From Octopus vulgaris (taxonomy: Eukaryota), in the NCBI GenBank assembly GCA_951406725.2, contig OX597818.1:67580001-67644000 (forward strand): 64,000 nucleotides of DNA, written 5' to 3'. Made by a program: the position numbers and the translations under genes. Shown piece by piece: positions 40,925-54,628 of the stretch (the first letter of the stretch is position 1; every line of letters begins with the position of its first letter). A model generated the notes under the pieces. It had not been told where the DNA came from. It was given only the letters and a program-made list of their open reading frames with translations, and made no database searches.

Positions 40925-41959
40925 TCCAGAACACTGGGAGTTCATGTATGTATACATACAGGACACGTTTAAAGCTACCAGCTTTACTCACAAGCGAAGG
41001 TTGGTTTTAGGGCTGTAATTGTATACTTAAAGACAGTCCCACGTAGTGGGATTGCGCTCGGAAAGAAACGATTGCGATGCAAACTGTTTCAGAGTTATGC
41101 TGATATCTCTACAAAATTTCCCATTTTTCTCAAAACTCTTTGAATAATGGACTGAAGAGAAAGTATGTTGGTGCGTTAATGCTCTGGATTTATATAATCA
41201 TTAATCATGTTAGTGTTGACTCAATAACATAGAGAAAGATTTCTAAATATATTGAAATGTACCTCTTATTTGGGAAGGATCTCAAAACGTCGCTGGAAAG
41301 TGGTGTTGACCATAAAGATTGGTTATAGATCCATAAATTTAGTCTTAGAATTACAGAAAATTGAAATTTTATGCCTAAAATGAAAATCTAACATTCTTTT
41401 AAAAAGTTCTGTTGATAGCTACGGACCTCTTTTACTCTCATTATATCTAACCAGCCACTATATTCTTATCAATCCTGGTTTGAAGAGTGAACAGAGATTT
41501 TTACCAATAGAAATAGAGTTACGAACATTTTGGTTAGTATAATTTACATAATTACCTCAAAAAGTGTGCTACGGGAAATATCTATCAGTAATATAAATAC
41601 ACTACACAATATTTATGGTATTACAAAAATCATGTGAATTTCCAATATCTGAAAAATTTGTTTACAATAAAATCCATAAACATAATTTTAAAATATTTCC
41701 TCACAAACATGTCGTTTTTTTAATGTTTTGTGAATATTCAATAGTTTCGCGGTGTATTTATATATTTTCCTTGTGTATTTATTTAGGAAATGATGTTACA
41801 TAAAATATCTAATGTTTCATTTTTATCTTGTTGTTTCCTTTAATTCTCTTGCTGTTTCTCGTTTAGGTAATATAATGTTCGGAAATGATGGCTCATTCAA
41901 ACCCATGACTTTGATGTTCTTTATTTTCTTATTTATTATATACAAATGTGTGTGGGAAA

Positions 41960-41994
<35 letters not shown>

Positions 41995-42029
41995 TATACA
42001 CGCAATCAAACAAACAAACGTGCATACAG

Positions 42030-42061
<32 letters not shown>

Positions 42062-43322
42062 GTATTTATTCATGAATGGTTTTGTGTTCTTAATTCATAT
42101 TTAATCAAATTTTGTTGTTATCACAACAAAACGTAATTCAATGCAGCATTTACTATCATCAGTGATTACAATAGAGTCAAAATGATATCTTCAGCTTCGA
42201 AGTTTATTTTCAAATTTGGTTATTTAACAAAATAATTGTTCGGATTGTGGCCTTTAAAATTACATTATTGTCTAGACTTACAGGCAGCATCGTTACAAAT
42301 TGGATTGTTCCTGTGTACCTTTGAGAATTTCTCTGGAATTTATATTACTGTCAATAAAATGACCGTATCACAGCAAATTTTAATTCAATATCACAGGAAA
42401 ATTGAATTAGTTTTACAATAAAATATAAAATATCAAACCTGCATATCTGCATATTTCAGTCACACTACGCCTTAACTGGCATTATTTCATCACAGCAGGT
42501 ATTTTGAAGTCATGCTTGTTTCATTCAAATCCACTTATAATGACATATAAACTACCAATAACAACATTGTTAAATGGTAATTTTCATCACTGTTCGACTA
42601 CCCCAAACATCCTCTACACACTGTAACAATGAAAATCATCTGTGGTCCCTTGGTCTCTGGTGGTGTGTATTGTCCGTTGGCGGAATTGTTTTTCATATAT
42701 TGGATTCTGAACAAGGAGCTCTACTATCTGAGTTACATAACATAAGCTATCCAATGTTCTAAGAGTGATAACGGTACACAGTGGAAGTCTGGTAGAATAT
42801 CTATCGAAAAGCGCCCCGAAAAGAACAAAAGGCAAATATTACATTTCACAGGCTTAAAACAACAAAACAGCGGAACCAGCCGGAACGAATACTGCAAATC
42901 TAAAACTTCAAGGGGAGTCCAAGTTCTATAATTCTGTTTGCATTAACGGAGTTTGTCCATTTCCAAATGCCTGTTTCAAGGAAAGCAATTCACATATAGA
43001 ATTATATTGAATCACCTTCCTTTCTACATGATCTGTATGGTTTTTATTAAACACACACACACAAACACGAAAAAGAAAAACTTGCAGCGCAACGCATAAA
43101 CATGTATACCGCACACGTCTATATATCTCAGAGCATGTTAAACACAACAAATTCAAAATTTGACTTCATTTCGAATTTGTAACTTGCATATATGGTTTTT
43201 AACTGCTCGGTATCATCAGTAACAAACATAGCAGCAAAATATTACTGCAGTAAGCGCACGCTAGTTAACAAATGAATTTACTTATAATATGCGGCATTCA
43301 ACATTCAAACATACATACATAG

Positions 43323-43383
<61 letters not shown>

Positions 43384-43539
43384 CAAAGAATGTAAATATG
43401 TATTGTAATAATTTGTGACAACCAGTACTTCACACAACAAAGCTTTTACAAAGCATTACATTTTAGTTTTGACAATCTTTTTCTAAAAAATTGAAACCAG
43501 TCAAATGAATAAACATCATTAAAATTGTATTTTCAAACC

Positions 43540-43574
<35 letters not shown>

Positions 43575-43849
43575 TTAATCCGCCTATCTATTTATGGATA
43601 GAGAGAAAGAGAGGGAGAGAAATAGACTCAACAGGTGAGATACAAGGAAGATCTATATAGGAAACACTTAGCAGTGTTCAAATGATTTGAACCTGCACTC
43701 CGGAATAACTACCGAAGACTAAGTCCGCGAGGTAAAGAGCGGCTGTAAGAGGAATCCAGGAAAGGCGATATGGCGATAATGATGCAAATATACAAATAAA
43801 TCTGCTTGGGGTTGATATATCAGATATACATATATACATCCATTTATAT

Positions 43850-44260
43850 GTGTTGTGTTCTTGAGCAAGACACTTTATTTCATTTTGTTCCAGTTCACTC
43901 AGCTGTAGTAATGAGTTGCGACATCACTGGTGCCAAGCTATATCGGCCCCTTTGCCTATCCCTTGGATAACACTGGTGGCGTGGAGAAGGGAGTGTAGTA
44001 TGCATGGGCGACTGCTGGTCCTCCATAAACAATCATTCCCGCATTTGTGCCTTCGAGGGTAGCTTTCTAGGTGCAATGAACGAAGGGGGATTCAGCAGTT
44101 TCCCCCACAATAGCTTCACTGGAGGTTTTGCTCTCTTTGTGTCCTCGTAACTTAACGGTTTGGCAAAAGAGGCAGATAAAATAAATAGCAGGCTTTTAAA
44201 AAATGGGTAGTGGGTTTGATTCATTCGTTCAAGAAAAAAGTTGTTTGAAGCGGTGCTTGA
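43850..44260 (+). mobile_element. CORE-type SINE fragment(s)
   Basis: GTTCTTGAGCAAGACACTTTATTTC...CACTCAGCTGT CORE-like block, with a family B-like 3' part at 44140-44260. Confidence 0.65.
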
Positions 44261-46479
44261 AAGAATTCGATGAAAGAAGATAGCAGAATCGAATTGACAT
44301 TAATATTTGAGATGCTGACAGTTACGATTCATTCTTTCCGACATTTCAGTCTTTCATTTCTTCAACCGAATCATTGTCCCTGTAAAATACACAACCCGGA
44401 ACTCACGATCGAATATAAGCCTCTGATATCGTCTCCTTAGAGCAAAAAATTTACTGGGTCGCCTAACCAACTTCATTCTCAACACACATCTGTAAATAAT
44501 GACTTTAGAATGTTAATATGAAAATATCTCAGGTAGTCACATTGTTAAATTGGGATTCATTGTTTTCCGACTGGTTTCGCTTCAGGACAGCCATGATGTT
44601 CTCAATACAATTCATCCATTCATTTCCAAGATGGCAGTGGTAGAATTGTTGGCTTGCAGCTCTCTCTCTTAATGTCATTAATAAAGTAGAAAGCATTATC
44701 AATAAAATATTTTAATGTTTCGGATTTGCTTGGTTTTCGGTTAAATTCTTAGAATGGAAACGTCGCACAATTGTTGCTTGTATGAAAACAAAACTTCAAA
44801 ATTGATGGAGAACATTCGAAGCCCTGCTTGTGTGTAATGGTTTTCAAATCTGTTATGTTTACAGACGTTCATAATTTGAGTCACATGAGAAGCCTTTCAA
44901 ATTATTTTCATCCAACGGTTTCCAACGCCTAATTTTCTACACGCAATAACTCATAGCTGCAGCAACTCCAAGATTCCTCGAATAAAATATGTATTGCTTC
45001 ATATCTCCTAATGTTTCCAAATACTTATAATGCTTTAAAGATTTTTGAATCTGTTCCAGTTTAATATACAAGTTACAAATTTGAAATAAAGTCAAACTTT
45101 GAATTTTTTATGTTTAACATGATCTCAAGTATATAGACGTGTGCGGTTTATATGCTTGTGTGTTGTGATGCAAGCTTTTTTTGTGTTTGTGAGTGTGTGT
45201 TTAATATTTTAGCTCAATATAATTAAGGACGATTTAATTCATCTTCAAGTATTTCGGGGAGTTTCCGAAAATAATTGAGAGAATTTTATGAAGGTAGCGT
45301 ACAATTAGGAATCTTGCGAAGCACCCAGTTTTGATTTAGAGACATAGAATGGGTCATAGGCGTTTGTGAGAAGATGCAATGCATACGGCAGCAGTGTTAG
45401 ATGCAGTAGTCCTTGAAGAGGAGGGAACCTATAGAATATAGCTTTGAAGGAGTGACTGAAGTGCTTTGTAAAGTGATTCCGTGAGAGTCGATTTAAGGGC
45501 TCTCTTACAGATCAACATGATCTTGAAATCGCTAATACGGCTAGAGTGGTATATAAGTATATATATATATATATACAGACTACCCGGCAGCTGATAGCCA
45601 GTCACTTGTTTTGTCTTTGATTAATCTGAATGTAAGTGATATTTCCTGTTGTTGATGTTGTTCTTGTATGTGGTTTATGTTCAGGTAATTAACAACTTTG
45701 TCCTTATTTGATCATAGAAGATCAGAGATCTCTTTATCACGTACAGGGAAATCATTAGCTATCAACATTTATGAAACGTTTTGGTCAGGCTTAACAGTGT
45801 CTTCAGAAATTAGTAACTTAAAATAATGTATATAGAACATAATGTTTATAGTATTGGTTGTGGAATTATGAATAATTACTGGCATAGCTATTAATTTGTA
45901 ATTATCTTCCATTTATGGTGTTAAAAATATCATGATTACTTGTTTTCTTAATGTTAATATGATTACTTTGGAGACATCGTTTTGTATCATCTTGGTACAT
46001 AAGGAAAATAGCGAGTCATTTAATTAGCTGAATTTCGTTTTTCTTTTTCTTTTTTCTTTTATTTTTGCTGAATAATTAATACAAATTGTATTAATAAACA
46101 CACTTACAACAAAACTAAGTTCATAATATAGGTATGTGTAAAGTTTATAATAGGTATACAAAATGTGGAGTGTCATTAGCTCTAATATTTTATCTCAGAG
46201 AAACATCCAAATGAAAGACTTTTATAAAAAAAAAGGTATAGGATTCCGGTAGACCACCAGAGGCCGCGTTTCGATTTGATTTGAACTCCTCAGTTACGAA
46301 TATCTAGGTCGATATTTACTAAGCGGAAAATGATTGTTCCAACATGTATATTAAAAAAGGCAATTACTGAGTTCTGCAAAAGCTAACCATGCTAGAGTAA
46401 ACGGAAATCTTCACATAGCCCAAAATACCAACGGTTACCAACATCTGATGTCCAACATGATTATGCCAAACTGCATTCA

Positions 46480-46775
46480 TGTTCCAGCTGACCTGATCAA
46501 CGGAACAGCCAGCCCATGAAATTAACGTACAAGTGGCTGAGCACTCCACAGACAAGAGTACCATTAGTATAGTCGTTTGGGACATTCACCGTCACACTGA
46601 ATGTGACACGGATAACCCTTTCAAATAGAGGTACAACTCATTTTTGCCAGCTGAGTGGACTGAAGCAACGTGAAGTAAAGTGTGTTGGTCAAGGACACAA
46701 CGTTCCGTCGTGAATTGAACTCACGACTTTATGATCGTTAGCCGAATAATTTAAATTATACGGCGCACGCCTTCA
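46480..46775 (-). mobile_element. CORE-type tRNA SINE (family C); its tail also occurs at about 10670-10750 and 16330-16445
   Basis: Minus-strand B box GAGTTCAATTC and a CORE-like block. The tail GATCAACGGAACAGCC...GTGGCTGAGCACTCCACAGA recurs three times in the window. Confidence 0.75.
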
Positions 46776-46779
46776 TATG

Positions 46780-46804
<25 letters not shown>

Positions 46805-46811
<7 letters not shown>

Positions 46812-47403
46812 TCATATAATTATAATAATAAGGGTTTTTGGCAACAAGTTGCTTAAACCACATACCGAAACTATTAGAAATAGCAGTCAAATGACTACTA
46901 TTTCTTTTACAACAAAAACAAGTCTCCACAAACAACAATATTTGTAACTCACATAAGGCAAAAGAAGAAGGAAAACAACGAAACCACACAGTCTTCGGAT
47001 TAATTATGGACGTACGTTTCTGGATTAGAATCGTAAAGTTCATTTCCTTATCAACATAATATTTCCCATAAATCTAGAAATGCTAGGAAAAACTTACCTC
47101 CTATATTTTCGACCAAGCGATATCGAAAGATACAGAAGTCCACTAGCATATCCACATTTATATAGACAAGCGAATTCGTATCTTTCATCCTTTCGGGGTG
47201 GAGACCTATTTTTGCAGTAAGAGAAATAGTAGTCCTTTGATTGCTATTTCTAATATTTTCGGTATGTGGTTTAAGCAACTTGTTGCAAAAACCCCTTGTT
47301 ATTATAATTATATAAATGTTTACCGAATATTGTCCTTTTCCATACCGAAATACTACTAGGTGAAATTTATTGATTTTATTAAATTAATTATATGTCACCC
47401 TTT

Positions 47404-47408
<5 letters not shown>
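46805..47408. mobile_element. Fold-back element between (TA)n tracts (arms about 115 bp) enclosing a hammerhead motif
   Basis: About 46813-46928 is inverted at about 47198-47317. Its arms and tail are homologous to the 40.1-40.6 kb element. Confidence 0.85.
47003..47060 (-). ncRNA. Type I hammerhead ribozyme motif, U3-A8 variant
   Basis: Minus strand: ATTATG-TTGATAA-GGA..TCC-A-GAAAC-GTAC-GTC-CATAAT, with a perfect 6-bp stem I, palindromic stem III and GUC cleavage triplet. Confidence 0.75.
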
Positions 47409-47467
<59 letters not shown>

Positions 47468-48060
47468 ACCCCTAATATATTCACTTGATTAATAAAACTT
47501 CTGTCCTCAGTTAATGAGCATTATGCCTACTCATAATAAGTGATAGATTTTTCTCCAGAATGGATAAATATCAGATTTATAATTTCTCCTTTGATCCAAC
47601 GTATCAAAATATTCAAAATCTACCAGCTAAGTATAAAGTTGATATATGTAAGTATAAAATAACCTCTGTATTCTCTACAAGTGTGACCATTTGACATTGT
47701 GCTCATTTCACATTGACCTAGTTTTCCAAATACAAAATCTGTTTGCCAAATAATAGTAAACAGCCTCTGTAGCATTACAACCCTCTCTCTACCTTAATTT
47801 CTTTATATAGAACTTTGACATCTATTTCACCCCTATTTCTATAAATAGAAAATCTTTATCTCCTTTCAATCGATCATTCTTCCCAAACCGTCTAGCAGCT
47901 CAAAACGACTGAATTTTCTGAATATTCTTCAGTCAGTTGATAAACTCTACTACCTTAATATTCTTAAAATTTAAATCGACCTCTTTGTCTATATATCTAC
48001 CTTCTCTATAATATTATCAATTGATATGAAAATCATGTATTAATGGGATACCTCTACTAA

Positions 48061-48144
48061 TGGCTGATGATTGCTCAGCATTTTTAAACTGTTGTAATGC
48101 TTACAACATTTAATAAAATGATGTAGCGTGAAACGATGGTACCA
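48061..48144 (+). ncRNA. Type I hammerhead ribozyme motif with an extended stem II
   Basis: TGG-CTGATGA-[TGCT..CATTTT..TGTTGTAA tgc TTACAACA..AAAATG..AGCG]-T-GAAAC-GATG-GTA-CCA, followed by a 36-nt tail and then (TA)n. Confidence 0.75.
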
Positions 48145-48176
48145 AATTACTGAAGTTATTATTGTTGCTTATTTTG

Positions 48177-48238
<62 letters not shown>

Positions 48239-50304
48239 TATATATATATATATATATATAATATGCACACACACGCATATATATATGTATATATAATATA
48301 TGTGTGTATATATATGTATGTGTATATATTTAAAAATATATATATACATACATATATATAAGTATATATATGTAAACATATATATATGTATGTATGTATT
48401 TATGCATGTATATATGTATGAATGTATGTATGCATGTATGTATAAGTGTCAACGTGTACGCATCCGTACACCTGCATATACATTCATGGCTGCACACTTT
48501 GTATTGATTGTTACATCTGCAGTAAGTATTCCGCTATTGTACTTAAACTTGCTTCAAACTAATAACCAACATCTAATCCCTTCAATTTAACTTGCACATA
48601 CTAAACTTCCGTCAATCAAATCCAATCAAAAACCATCGTTCGGTGTGCGTCTATACTAAAACTTCTCAGCCACGCTCCCTTGCCAACATATATATATATA
48701 TATATATACAGATATATATATATATATATAGACAGAAATTCACGCTCACACACTCACATACATAAAAGAAATTCCTGGAGTCGATTTGTCCGACTAAGAT
48801 TCCTTTAAGTCTGTGCCCCAACAAAGCCTCAGTCTAAATCATAGACACACACACACATACTTGCATGTGAGCATGCGTACAAGTGCTAAGCATATATATA
48901 GCTATAACAAAGTGATCATAATATTCACAACAATCATTATACTTCATAATATTCAAAGTGATCAAATCTTCATGTTGTTTTCAAGTAATTCTCTCTAATA
49001 TAATATTTTAGTATGTCAAGTAGATTATTGTGCAGCGCTGTTTCTTTTGTTAAATGTAAAGTCCTTACGAAAGAAAATATCTTACATCCAAAATCATTCT
49101 TCTCTAAACAACTGACTAAGATTAAGTGCATGATATAGTACTAAGGGTTCCTTTTAATGTCAGTATAAAGGTTAGTTCTAAGGTCAGAATGTTTCAAAGA
49201 ATTTCTATTGCTTGTAGAAAAAAAACACTGAGAACTTACTCAAAGGTTTCTAATGGTTTATGGAATCTCCATTGAATAAAGACAATTAGTGACGTGAAAT
49301 CAACACACATCACATAATATTGTATGTTGTCATAGTTATAACATTCTATTGATTGCTGATGGTCTGTGGCTTGAACTTGTTGTTCTAGTGAACCTATGTT
49401 AGGAAAGGGGTCATAAGTTAGCAATGGGGTCAGCTAATCGAGACAATGAAATGTCAAGTGATCTTTGTCTTGCAAAAATAATTGAAATATTTCAGTTCTG
49501 ATCTAGATGGAGCTGAATGTAATATCAATATTTGTGTGGCGAATACCGTGCTTTCCGAGTAAGTAGCATTTAACTGTCTGATTTTATACAATAAATCTAA
49601 GCCTTCTTTTAAGAAAAGTTTCATATTTAAAATACTAACTGACCTACTTATATTTCATTAGCATTATCAAAATTTGATATTTGTGTAAATACCAAGAATA
49701 ACTATATAAATTACAATTCATTTTATTAATCAATGTTCTTTAAAATATATTTATTGATATTTTAAATACATTTTTGTGCCTTTTTGCAATACTACAAATG
49801 AAAACAAACAAGTTCTGATTTAATTCCATTTAATAAGACATTATTTAGTAAAATAATTATCCCTATTTCGTAGTGTAGTCACAAGACCAAAACAGTGAAG
49901 TAAGGCAGTGCTATCATTCAAATCACACGTTAACCACATTTCTGTTGCATTATACTTCTTCTGTTCCAAGTAATTCTAAACCTCATGAAACATTTCGTAA
50001 AATATATTTCTTTATTAAGCTGTTGTCTAAAAAATGTTTACTGCTCAGAAGCTTTATATCAAAGGCCGCATGGACAGTGTCTTGTGACTGACTTTAAATG
50101 TGTTAAGTATCTTTTACCAAAACGAAATATAAAATTAAATTTGGTAACTCAGAAATAAAGGAAGCAATTACAAAATCGAATACGTTATGGAATAGCATTA
50201 AGCTATGCTGCATTTTACCTCAGAACAAATATATACACCGCATTATATTTGAATTCTTAATGTAAAAAGCATATTGTTCTTTTAACTGTCAATGTAATTA
50301 AATG

Positions 50305-50532
50305 TTTTTTTACTACCCACAAGGGGCTAAACACAGAGCGGACAAACAAGGACTGACAGATTAATTCGATTAAATCGACCCCAGTACGTAACTGGTACTT
50401 AATTTATCGACCCTGAATGGATGAAAGGCAAAGTCGACCTTGGCGGAATTTGAACTCAGAATGTAACGGCTGACGAAATACGGCTACGTATTTCGTCCGG
50501 CGTGCTAACGTTCCTTCCAGCTCGTCGCCTTC
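50305..50532 (-). mobile_element. SINE family A copy
   Basis: Same body. It is flanked by a direct repeat TCAATGTAATTAAAT (50289 and 50531) consistent with a target-site duplication. Confidence 0.85.
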
Positions 50533-51072
50533 AATGTAATTAAATATATTTTAACTAGGAAATTCAATAACGAGATATATTGCCCTTGTAAAAATAACTT
50601 ACTCATCAAAACTTAACTTTGACCACACACAACTAAATGCTACAAATGACTAAACGAATAATGTTACGTGTCATCTCTTTCTTTGTTTTTTCCACTAAAC
50701 ATTTATCTTTTCTACGATAGGGCTTTCTCTGAATAATTTTTGCCTAAAGTTTCACTCGATTTACAAAACTAACGACATTCTGTAACCTTATGACAAATTT
50801 ATCGACAAGAATTTGTCGCCAGCTCTCCTTTAGATCATACCTTATCGTTTAACAAAACAACTATATTTTACGAACGTTACTCTTAGATGTATTATGGCTT
50901 CGAGGAAGGTGAAGAGTTCGAAACTGGAGTGTCTTTGGTTATAATCTTTCGCGCGCTGTACAGTTTTGGCTTCAAATCCAACAAATATTCACTAATCTAA
51001 CCTTCTAGAAAAGGCCTGATAGGTCACTTAATACCCCGTTCTCCTTTACAGAACCACTAAAACATGATTTGT

Positions 51073-51130
51073 GATAGTTGGCGTAAGGTAAATAGAATAG
51101 ATAGTTGGCGTAAGGTAAATAGAATAGATA
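51073..51130. repeat. 27-bp tandem duplication
   Basis: GATAGTTGGCGTAAGGTAAATAGAATA occurs twice, exactly. Confidence 0.95.
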
Positions 51131-51365
51131 AAGCATTATCTGTTTCACCAAATACAGGCATATATTCTATAGATGCGAGAGAAAAATCATTGAACGATAC
51201 CTTAAGGTAACATCGATGTATACTTAAAAATCATCTGTACTCGAGAAAATGTGACGTTAAAACTGACACAGTGACAGTTTTAAAATGGGACATTAAAACA
51301 GAATAAAGAAACTGTTTTTAGTTATTTGCATTTGACAGATATTTGTACTCATCTTGCTTGCTGTT

Positions 51366-51415
51366 TACACAACGTTTCGTTTGGTTGATATACCCTGTAG
51401 CATTCATCAGGTGGC
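51366..51415 (-). ncRNA. Minimal type I hammerhead motif (stem II decayed)
   Basis: Minus strand: GCCAC-CTGATGA-ATGCTACAGGGTATATCAACCAAAC-GAAACGTT-GTGT; homologous to 61180-61225. Confidence 0.7.
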
Positions 51416-51471
51416 TTGGGGAAATTTCGAACCTAGGTTCTCATACTAAATTATGTTACTGTTATTACTAT

Positions 51472-51545
51472 TCAGGTCACTACTTGGAATCGAACTCGGA
51501 ATATTGGGGTTAGTAGCCCGCGCACTTAACCACTATGCCATATGC
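51472..51545 (-). other. tRNA-like Pol III promoter cassette (not a functional tRNA)
   Basis: GCATATGGCATAGTGGTTAAG (A box), GGGCTACTAACCC anticodon-like hairpin and GAGTTCGATTCC (B box); the acceptor stem does not pair. Confidence 0.75.
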
Positions 51546-53265
51546 TCTAGGGCGATTTTAGAATGAATTTTAGAGCTTATAAATCTAATATTTTCCTATA
51601 CTTCATTAATATCACTTCCCGTTATCTACTCATATCTGCACTCGGTCTGCTTAGAAGGTTGTTGTATCGCGCCATATGTGCTGATTCTTCTAGTTTTCGT
51701 AGTGTCCTCTGGTCTTCTCTGTCTATTATTTTAACTTCATCCTACATGGGGAGGTGGTCTCCATTTTTCCATACATGATGAGTTTCCTTAATATCTCTGA
51801 ATGTGTTTACATTGTTGATGTTGCATTGATGTTGCGGTTTAGAAGCAGGATAGTCTCGATCACGAACAATTACGATGGGAATCATATTTGCAACCAACTC
51901 GTCCTTCATTTCAATATACTAAACTATAAATATATATATATATATATGTATACATATGCGCATACATACATACACACGCACACACACACATACACACACA
52001 CACATATATATATGTGTGTGTGTGTGTATGTATGTATGCACATATATATTTAACTTGGTAGGTTGCTTTCTGAGTGTGAATTCGCTGTTGCTTTTAGAAA
52101 ATCGAGAGACTGAATAGAGGATTTCTTATCAGACATCGATACGGTTAATCTCTTACTATATGCTAAGTAGTGTGAGTTTGGATTCGTAATTATTTCTGCT
52201 ATTTGGTTTAGGTGCTTATGCACTCATGAAGTAATGCAGATAACATCCTCTCTTTCTCACTCTTTGACTCATGCGTAAAGTGACGACTAGAAAGATACGG
52301 ACGAAAAGCCTTCACTGGCCTTGTACTCAGTTATAGCTGATCAAGCTGGAGCAACGTGACTCAGATTTCCTTGGTCAACGACACAGCACGATCCCTAGGC
52401 CAAGAAATGAATCTTCCTTGTTATGTTCTTGGTTCAAAAGACCTAAGCCCCATATACTTTGATACAACCATACTGTGATTTTTGTGTTTATCTATACATT
52501 TTATTTAAGGCGGTATTTTGGGAGATGTCGAGGGTTTGACTGCCATCTCCAAAACTCCTTGTAACATCGTGGCCTCTCGTTTGATGGCTCATGATGAAAT
52601 ATATTTTAGCATCAAAATTTGCAATCGAAATACAGGACTGCATAAACTGTACTTTAATTGCTCAATTATTAACATAATTACAAATATTATCTCGACATCT
52701 TAAACTTTAGCCCAACTTTTCAGGCAGCAATCAGCAATGTTACCCAACTATATATGAAGTTGTCTTGTATCTATTTAAATATTAGCGAGAAATAAATAAA
52801 CATGTTTGAAAAATCTGCTAATTCTCTTAGCTTCCCCCAGAAAAATCAAACAGCGGAGATAGTGCCACTAAAGCTATCATCAGTTTGACAACTCAGAGAA
52901 ATTATATGGAAGCATTTCATCGAAAAACTGCGAGATAAAACGCATATCACTACATGTAATTATCACAATAAAGAAAGATATGCTTCAATTCTATTTCGAC
53001 AGTAAATTCCTTGAAAATATTCTCCAGTTCTATCCAAATAAAAAAAAAAGAGAGAAATTAGGCTTTCATATATCAGGGTTTTTTTCTTAAGCCAGCGAAT
53101 ATTTAGAAAGATATAGCCAATTTCTTGACAGATACCGTAAGAAAGATAGGAGAGTGTTTAGCTAAGCCTCCTACATATAGAGATGACATGATGCTTCCTA
53201 GAATTATAAAAATGATGGACAAAAATTAAAAACGAAATATATTCAAACAGAAAGTATAACATTAT

Positions 53266-53290
53266 ACATATATATATGCATGTATATATA

Positions 53291-53355
<65 letters not shown>

Positions 53356-53514
53356 AAGCGAAATAAATACAAAGAGAAGGTATAACGTTAAGGAGAGAAT
53401 TGATATCAGTTTTGTGATTTCTTTCCGAAGAATTTATATGAACGCATGCATAAGCATATATAAAAGAGCGTGCATAAGTATGTATGTTTGTGTGTGTATG
53501 TGTATATGTATGTG

Positions 53515-53586
<72 letters not shown>

Positions 53587-53750
53587 TGTGTCTGTGCGTA
53601 TATGTCTCTTTGTATGTATGTATATATATGTGTGTGTAGAGAGAAATACATAGATAAAGATACATGTGAACGTATTTAGGTATATACGCATATTTATGTG
53701 TACTTCTATTCGCATATATAACTGCATGTGTGCGTGTAATATATAAAACA

Positions 53751-53791
<41 letters not shown>

Positions 53792-53914
53792 TCCTGAATT
53801 TACATATATGCCCATGTATTCATATAAACTCATATAAATTTATTCCTAAACACTCACACATATACACACACAAACACAATCACATATATGATGGTAAAGA
53901 TATATGTGTGTGTA

Positions 53915-53971
<57 letters not shown>

Positions 53972-54517
53972 GCATATATGAAGATAGATATAAATACCTA
54001 TGTACTTGCATATTGCGTACCTCTGTGTTGGTGGGGGTGGTACGTATTCGTAGCGCTGCTTGTTTTTTGTTTTGCTTCTTTCTTCCTAGGATGGGGTGTA
54101 CTAAGATAAAGAAGTGGACATCGCACTAGAAACACAGGGAATATTGAATGTCTCAATGATTCAGCTTTAAATAAGACATCGAACATAAAGCGAGAAGAAG
54201 TTAGAAAGAAGCAGTCCATTGAAGATGCGACGAGTATGAGTAATGAATGAAGAGAAGTCAAAACATACAAAATATGATCTCGTATTAAAGTTTCTATTCC
54301 ATGCAATGAACAGAATCGATATTATTCTTGGTTTTTCAATGTTGTTTTAGCATATTTAGAGAACCCAAAATGTCTTCTCTTCAAAAATATATTCACACAT
54401 ACATGCACAAGTAATCAAAAAGCCAGCCTGTCAAACACTCACACAAACACAAATTGGTATGTGTATATATTACCATGAACACCGGCAAACTGGACTGTAT
54501 GCATTACACACACACAC

Positions 54518-54560
<43 letters not shown>

Positions 54561-54595
54561 TATACGAATATATATATATATACATATATATACGA

Positions 54596-54628
<33 letters not shown>

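Larger units (their letters stand above)
51320..51780 (-). mobile_element. 3' end of a Penelope-like element: GIY-YIG remnant, tRNA-like cassette and hammerhead-bearing terminal repeat
   Basis: Minus strand from 51777 reads HVWKNGDHLPM*DEVKIIDREDQRTLRKLEESAHM, typical of the C-terminal half of a Penelope GIY-YIG domain. A tRNA-like segment (51545-51472) and a hammerhead (51415-51366) follow. Confidence 0.8.

Noticed and set aside
43160-43232. Minus-strand CTGATGA...CGAAATGAAGTC as a hammerhead
   Set aside because: Stems I and II do not pair convincingly.
51472-51545. Functional tRNA gene
   Set aside because: The acceptor stem does not pair and the sequence is embedded in a retroelement remnant.
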